Of a stretch of 64,000 nt of DNA, positions 59,448-64,000 are shown piece after piece. The stretch's first letter is position 1. Every line of letters begins with the position of its first letter. The DNA is from Candidatus Wolfebacteria bacterium (GTDB lineage: Bacteria > Patescibacteriota > Minisyncoccia > UBA6257 > UBA9933), in contig JANLIR010000003.1 of the NCBI GenBank assembly GCA_024654025.1, positions 1,658-65,657 on the forward strand, given 5' to 3'. A program made the translations under genes and the position numbers. A model generated the notes under the pieces. It was not told the DNA's origin and searched no databases. It was given only the letters and a program-made list of their open reading frames with translations.

Positions 59448-59975
59448 ATGAGCGGCTTAAAAGGAAAAAAATTGGAGAAGCAATTTCTGGAAGCCTATGA
59501 TCAATACGCAGAAGCGATTTTAAGGCATGCCTATCTTAGAGTGAGTAGCCGGGCCATAGCTCAAGATTTGACTTCGGAGACCTTTGTTAAAACATGGCAG
59601 TTTGTCGCCGGCGGCGGAGAAGTAAAGAATTTCAAAAGTTTTTTGTATCGGGTATGCAATAATTTGATAATTGATTATTACAGGAGCAAGGCGAAAACCA
59701 ACGTGTCTTTAGAGGACGTGGCAGAACAATCCGAGCCGGTTCAAGAGGCGCCGCATAATGATATTGATACGGTTATCGCTTTTGAGTCCATAAAAAAACA
59801 TTTGGATTCTTTGCCCCATGATTACAAACAAATTTTGATACACCGATATATTGACGAGCTCGATATCGTGGAAATTAAAGAAATCACCGGAAAATCAATG
59901 ACTAATATTTATACAATAATCCACAGAGGCTTGAAGATGTTAAGAAAAAAAACAGAAGATGATCAAAAGAATTAA
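59448..59975 (+). CDS. ECF RNA polymerase sigma factor
   Basis: A.DL.SETF.K.W, F..FLYR...N.IIDYYR, region 4 HTH. Confidence 0.9.
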   Translation: MSGLKGKKLEKQFLEAYDQYAEAILRHAYLRVSSRAIAQDLTSETFVKTWQFVAGGGEVKNFKSFLYRVCNNLIIDYYRSKAKTNVSLEDVAEQSEPVQEAPHNDIDTVIAFESIKKHLDSLPHDYKQILIHRYIDELDIVEIKEITGKSMTNIYTIIHRGLKMLRKKTEDDQKN

Positions 59976-61089
59976 ACCAAAATTAATATTGAAAGAATTG
60001 AAGAAAATTCCTTCTGATGAGAAGTTTTTAATGTCCTTGCGTGAGGGGCTGGTTAATTATGTTAAAACGAATCCGGCAGCGGATTATGAAATAAAAGTTC
60101 TTGAGAAAACGCCGTTTAAAACAAGTAAAATAAGGATGGCTCCAGCCGCGCTTATCGGAATAATCGCGGTTTTGTCGGGCGCGGGAACGGTTGCCGCGTC
60201 TCAAAACAGTTTGCCCGGAGAAGCGCTGTACAATATAAAATTATTAAGCGAGAGGGCGCGAGTCGCGGTTGTTTTGAATCCAAAAAACAAGGCGGATTTG
60301 CAGTTCGCGCTGGTTCAAAAAAGAATAAATGAAGCGAAAGAATTTCTTGAAAAAGCAAAAATGGAGCAGTTGACGCGCCAACAACAAGAATCGGATTTAA
60401 GCGCCGCGGTTGATAATTTTAATGAGAATCTTAGCGGAGTTTACGGATGGGCTGATAATTTGAAAAAAGAGGGGAATTTTGAAGACGCGATTCAAGTAAA
60501 TTCCGATTTAAAAACAGCGGCCAGCGTTTATCAGCAAATTTTAGAACAGAATCTTGACGGCGATATTTATGAAAAAACCAGCGAAATAAATAAGAGTATG
60601 GCCGTGGTTGATGAATGGAAAAACAAAGCAAAAAGCGAGATTGAAGATATTAATCAAAAAGAATCATCTGGAGTTCGGTCAAACGGTTTTGAAAACAGCG
60701 CCCAAAATAAGATAAACGCCGCCTCTAAAAAAGTTGAAACAATAGAAAAAATAATTGAGAAAAAGAGAAATAATTTAGATTCTCAAACTCAGCAATTATC
60801 CCGACAAAAAATAGAAGACACTAAACAAATTTTGGAAAATGCTCAAAGCGATTATAACAGCGGAAATTATGAAAACGCTTTTGAAAAATCTCAGGATCTG
60901 ATAAAAAATCTTTCGGGGACTAAAGCGTTTTTTGAGATTTCTCCGGAAATCAACTCCGATAGTTTAAGAAATTTTTGGGATGAAGACAAAAGCAGTGGCG
61001 ATAATAAGGAAAACTCAAAGATTGAGAGAACTAAAAATTCGGAAAAAAGCGGAGAGAAAATAAAATCGCAAGAAAACAGTGAAAATTAA
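59959..61089 (+). CDS. Putative anti-sigma factor, DUF5667-like
   Basis: Overlaps ECF stop; TM followed by SLPGE.LY.IK...E and helical region. Confidence 0.75.
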   Translation: MIKRIKPKLILKELKKIPSDEKFLMSLREGLVNYVKTNPAADYEIKVLEKTPFKTSKIRMAPAALIGIIAVLSGAGTVAASQNSLPGEALYNIKLLSERARVAVVLNPKNKADLQFALVQKRINEAKEFLEKAKMEQLTRQQQESDLSAAVDNFNENLSGVYGWADNLKKEGNFEDAIQVNSDLKTAASVYQQILEQNLDGDIYEKTSEINKSMAVVDEWKNKAKSEIEDINQKESSGVRSNGFENSAQNKINAASKKVETIEKIIEKKRNNLDSQTQQLSRQKIEDTKQILENAQSDYNSGNYENAFEKSQDLIKNLSGTKAFFEISPEINSDSLRNFWDEDKSSGDNKENSKIERTKNSEKSGEKIKSQENSEN

Positions 61090-61090
61090 T

Positions 61091-61477
61091 TTATTCGTCT
61101 TTTAGTTCGCGTATTTTGTATTTTACTTCTTCTGACAAACCGCGAAGATGAGCTATTTCAGTGTTTACCCGGTGAAGGTTATCAAAAGCGATAGAGCCGC
61201 GGCTAACACGCTCGTTTTTGTCCTTTTGGGCAATGGCGGCGTTATAATTCATTTCTAATTTCTCAGCTATTTTTTCGAGGTCGTTTATTTTTTCTGCCAG
61301 CTCTTTTAATTGCTCCTCTAAGTTTTTTATGTCTTTTATTTCGCGATTTTTTTCAAAGGAAAAAACCTCGGTAAATTTCCCAGGCTGGGAACGAGTTTTG
61401 GCCGGCTTAACGTTTCTTACGGCTTCGCCGGCTTTTTTAAAGTCAATAATATTATTTAGATTTTCAGATTTTTCCAT
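61091..61477 (-). CDS. Hypothetical coiled-coil protein
   Basis: 128-aa ORF, heptad-rich. Confidence 0.55.
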   Translation of the reverse strand: MEKSENLNNIIDFKKAGEAVRNVKPAKTRSQPGKFTEVFSFEKNREIKDIKNLEEQLKELAEKINDLEKIAEKLEMNYNAAIAQKDKNERVSRGSIAFDNLHRVNTEIAHLRGLSEEVKYKIRELKDE

Positions 61478-61564
61478 AATTAGATTTTAACAGAAAAAAT
61501 ATTTAAAAAAAGCCGCCATACCCAGAGGGGTTGGCGGCGGATCTTGTTTCTGTTAATCACGGAG

Positions 61565-61759
61565 TTATCGGCGACAATCAGGACAAAGATCGTTTTCGTC
61601 CAGATGTTCGTTTCGGGTAACACGCTGACACTTTTTGCAGTACCTTCCATCTCCGTTTAGAAGGAGATGGAAGTCATCTATTATCTCACCCCCGCCATAA
61701 GGAGATTTTCCTTTTTTGGGCGGTTCGTTTGAGGTGGGCTTGCGCGTCAGATATCCCAT
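61565..61759 (-). CDS. Small CxxC...CxxC protein
   Basis: CKKC...CPDC; AGGAGG RBS upstream. Confidence 0.55.
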   Translation of the reverse strand: MGYLTRKPTSNEPPKKGKSPYGGGEIIDDFHLLLNGDGRYCKKCQRVTRNEHLDENDLCPDCRR

Positions 61760-61790
61760 AGGTCCTCCTGAAAGTCAGATGGTTTGTGGT

Positions 61791-61958
61791 TTATACAACT
61801 GCGCCTTCTTTGCGGAGATTTTCCGCGCATGAGTCGCAGACCTGGCCTACGCCTTCAACATAATTTCTGCGTAGGTCCACTGGAGTGTCTTTTGTGAAAG
61901 GCGTTTCTTTTTGGCAGATGACGCAAATTTCTTTCTGGTCTTTTTCTTTCTTGTCCAT
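61791..61958 (-). CDS. Small Zn-ribbon protein
   Basis: CVIC...R..YVEG.GQ.C..C; AGGAGG/GGAG RBS upstream. Confidence 0.6.
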   Translation of the reverse strand: MDKKEKDQKEICVICQKETPFTKDTPVDLRRNYVEGVGQVCDSCAENLRKEGAVV

Positions 61959-62087
61959 CTCCGTGTCCTCCTTCGGTAGGGTATTTTCGGGCGAAAATCG
62001 CGAAAATCGTTTAATTTGAACTGCAAAAATAATATCAGGAAAACAGGGGATTGTCAAATAAAATACCTTTTCGGGTGTTTTATTTTT

Positions 62088-62201
62088 TGGCTCGCCCTGC
62101 TCAACGATTTCCGAACTTTTGACTGGGCAAGCGAATACAAATATCCGACTGTAGTTTTAGACCAAATGAAAGAAATGCTGGCTAAGTACGCGAATGTATA
62201 A
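62088..62201 (+). mobile_element. Left att junction of a second island: orphan recombinase C-terminal fragment
   Basis: Terminator hairpin (62056-62086), then TGG starting WLALLNDFRTFDW...; same layout as 15126-15212. Confidence 0.5.
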
Positions 62202-62378
62202 CCCGTTCTTGCCCCGTGTTTGCCCGTGTGGCGAGCGGTTCACCAGAAGTAAGAGATTTGCACCAATACGAAAACCAAAAATGATTGTGAACGAGTTTTG
62301 AGACTTTAAAACGATTTGCTTAACTTCCCAAAAGTTAAGCAAATATGACTCCGCTGGACTTGTTCCCCGGGCAAGCGT

Positions 62379-62702
62379 ATGTTCTTGCTTGCTATGGAGG
62401 ACGATGACATTGAAGCGATCCTTGCGACCGCCAAAAACATAAGAATGCCACATCGACGCGGATCATTTAATCCGTTATCTTCACTTCCGGAACCGAAAGC
62501 CAAACTCAAACAAGCGATTAAGGAACGAATCAGACTCTTGGCTGGTGCTTATATCTCACTGGCCGGATTTGTGGACGATGACGATATAAGATTTGCCGAG
62601 GATAATCCGAAGTCAAAGAAAACTCAAGCTATATATCTCAAAGTGCTTGAGGATATGGAAACGGCGAAAAAGGAAATAAAGGAATTTAAACTTATTGAAT
62701 AA
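62379..62702 (+). CDS. Hypothetical protein
   Basis: 107-aa ORF only. Confidence 0.5.
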   Translation: MFLLAMEDDDIEAILATAKNIRMPHRRGSFNPLSSLPEPKAKLKQAIKERIRLLAGAYISLAGFVDDDDIRFAEDNPKSKKTQAIYLKVLEDMETAKKEIKEFKLIE

Positions 62703-62711
62703 GCTGATTTT

Positions 62712-62873
62712 TTATTTTTTCTTAATTTTAATTATTCCAATAATACCGCCAATGACCGCTAAAACTCCGAGTCCTTGAGCTCCAGGACTATCATCATATC
62801 CGCCATAAACAAATATAAATATTCCAAACAATATCGCAAAGATTAAAAATGCTATTTTAAGCTTTTTATTCAT
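62712..62873 (-). CDS. Small two-TM protein (DDSPG motif)
   Basis: Translated by hand: MNKKLKIAFLIFAILFGIFIFVYGGYDDSPGAQGLGVLAVIGGIIGIIKIKKK. Confidence 0.6.
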   Translation of the reverse strand: MNKKLKIAFLIFAILFGIFIFVYGGYDDSPGAQGLGVLAVIGGIIGIIKIKKK

Positions 62874-62875
62874 AA

Positions 62876-63052
62876 TTATTTATTTTTAACATCGGCTTCT
62901 TCTTTAGCTTTTAATTTCTGTTCGTGTTGATGATCTAAAAGTCTAACTATAAGATCAGCCAAACGGTCGGAAAAAGCCTCTTCCATTTGCTCAACGGTCA
63001 TTCCTTTCGGAAGTGTTCTCGGTTTTATTTCTTTTTTAACTTCTTGTGCCAT
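62876..63052 (-). CDS. Small hypothetical protein
   Basis: Hand-translated 58-aa ORF MAQEVKKEIKPRTLPKG..., abutting the next gene. Confidence 0.45.
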   Translation of the reverse strand: MAQEVKKEIKPRTLPKGMTVEQMEEAFSDRLADLIVRLLDHQHEQKLKAKEEADVKNK

Positions 63053-63080
63053 AGCTTTGATAATTTAGCGTCTACCGTAA

Positions 63081-63998
63081 CTATTTTGAACCCAATTTGA
63101 TTGTCTGGATAATGCGATCAACTGTTGAATCAAGATCGAAAGATGTTCGCTCGTTCTTACATGTCGTCTTTTGCAGATCATCGTAATTGTCGCATTGCGG
63201 ATAGACCAGAGTAAAACTTACTGTCACCAATTTATCATCCTTGATCGTGGAGTAGTCATAAGTAGTATAAACAGAACCGGCCGCACCCTCGCTACTTGCT
63301 TTGACACAATATGTCCGATTGTCGACCATCCGCTTTGCAACTCTCTGGGGTAGACTGCTCTCGGCTGGCGTTTCTAAACAATTTAACTGACGACCATTGT
63401 TTAATACAGCAACCTTCGGAGGCCAGGATTGAGTAAAGATATAATCGGTTAATAATCTTTCCGGATACTTAAACGAGATTCCAGTTTGGTCGTCAGCACT
63501 AAGTTTCCATAGATCATTATTTGCTTCATCCGGGCATTGGGCAAATTCACATCTAGGTCCAGTGCGTCCAACATACGAGCCGTCCGGACAAAGCTTGGCT
63601 TCTTCTGTGCAAGCCATTTGTCCTAAATTTGCCGAACTGTTGAGTTGCCAAATTGAATAATTAAGATACCCGGCAAAACTTACCCAAAGGATGTACGGAA
63701 AAAGAAGCCACATGGCCGGACGAGATATTTTTGCAAAGGTGATGATCGTGGCCAAAATGGCGAGCCAGAGAAAAACCATCTCAAAAAGTGCTCCGCCCGG
63801 GCTGTGCAGACCGAAAAAGATAATCGACCATAGAGTATTTAAAACCATTTGAACCCCAAAAGCCCAATAGGCCAGGCGTTTGCTTTTTCCGCTCTCATCC
63901 TTCCAGACAAGATAAAGTGCGTAGCCCATCAAAAGGAACAGCGTCGTCCAAACCGGTCCGAATATCCATGCTGGTGGATTTAGAGCCGGCTTGACCAA
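63081..63998 (-). CDS. TspO/MBR-family protein fused to Cys-rich extracellular domains (5'-truncated)
   Basis: KP.LNPP.WIFGPVWT.L, LN..WS.IFFG, PY..WVSFA.YLN; then CTEEAKLCPDGSYVGR.GP.CEF..CP. Confidence 0.85.
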   Translation of the reverse strand: MVKPALNPPAWIFGPVWTTLFLLMGYALYLVWKDESGKSKRLAYWAFGVQMVLNTLWSIIFFGLHSPGGALFEMVFLWLAILATIITFAKISRPAMWLLFPYILWVSFAGYLNYSIWQLNSSANLGQMACTEEAKLCPDGSYVGRTGPRCEFAQCPDEANNDLWKLSADDQTGISFKYPERLLTDYIFTQSWPPKVAVLNNGRQLNCLETPAESSLPQRVAKRMVDNRTYCVKASSEGAAGSVYTTYDYSTIKDDKLVTVSFTLVYPQCDNYDDLQKTTCKNERTSFDLDSTVDRIIQTIKLGSK

Positions 63999-64000
63999 CA

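Noticed and set aside
1-64000. Alternative genetic code (UGA=Gly)
   Set aside because: Conserved genes are full length under code 11 and several end in TGA at the expected positions (rplC, rplP, pilB).

Overview
AT-rich bacterial chromosome segment read with the standard code 11. It is most consistent with Patescibacteria/CPR (Parcubacteria-like): no rpmD/L30 between rpsE and rplO, a short AlaRS, a secretin-less type IV pilus locus, and few Shine-Dalgarno motifs. Contents, left to right: ftsEX, a PMT/GT39 glycosyltransferase, nusA, hppA, clpP, gap, trmD, a CsoR-controlled copper/thiol-redox operon, a 2-kb cargo island at tRNA-Leu, rplS, an RluA-family synthase, tRNA-Val and tRNA-Ile, dprA-topA, rpsL-rpsG-fusA-rplM-rpsI, tsaE, a pilMNO-B-T-C-A-D plus minor pilin locus, the rplC..secY-adk-map cluster, greA, class I LysRS, dnaG-rpoD, alaS, an ECF sigma/anti-sigma pair, and the edge of a second island. 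The most striking feature is a dense population of palindromic non-coding elements. (i) 130-150 bp CCC...GGG-ended hairpin elements with 4-bp target duplications sit exactly on functional signals and regenerate them: three near-identical copies on the start codons of rpsQ, rplE and rplO, one on a prepilin cleavage site, and one on the -35 box of the r-protein operon promoter. (ii) A three-hairpin scaffold with compensatory changes fills two stop-to-start spacers. (iii) Short REP/RPE-like palindromes are inserted, sometimes nested, in-frame inside housekeeping genes. All calls were made by eye from the sequence and ORF track; no database searches or folding programs were run.
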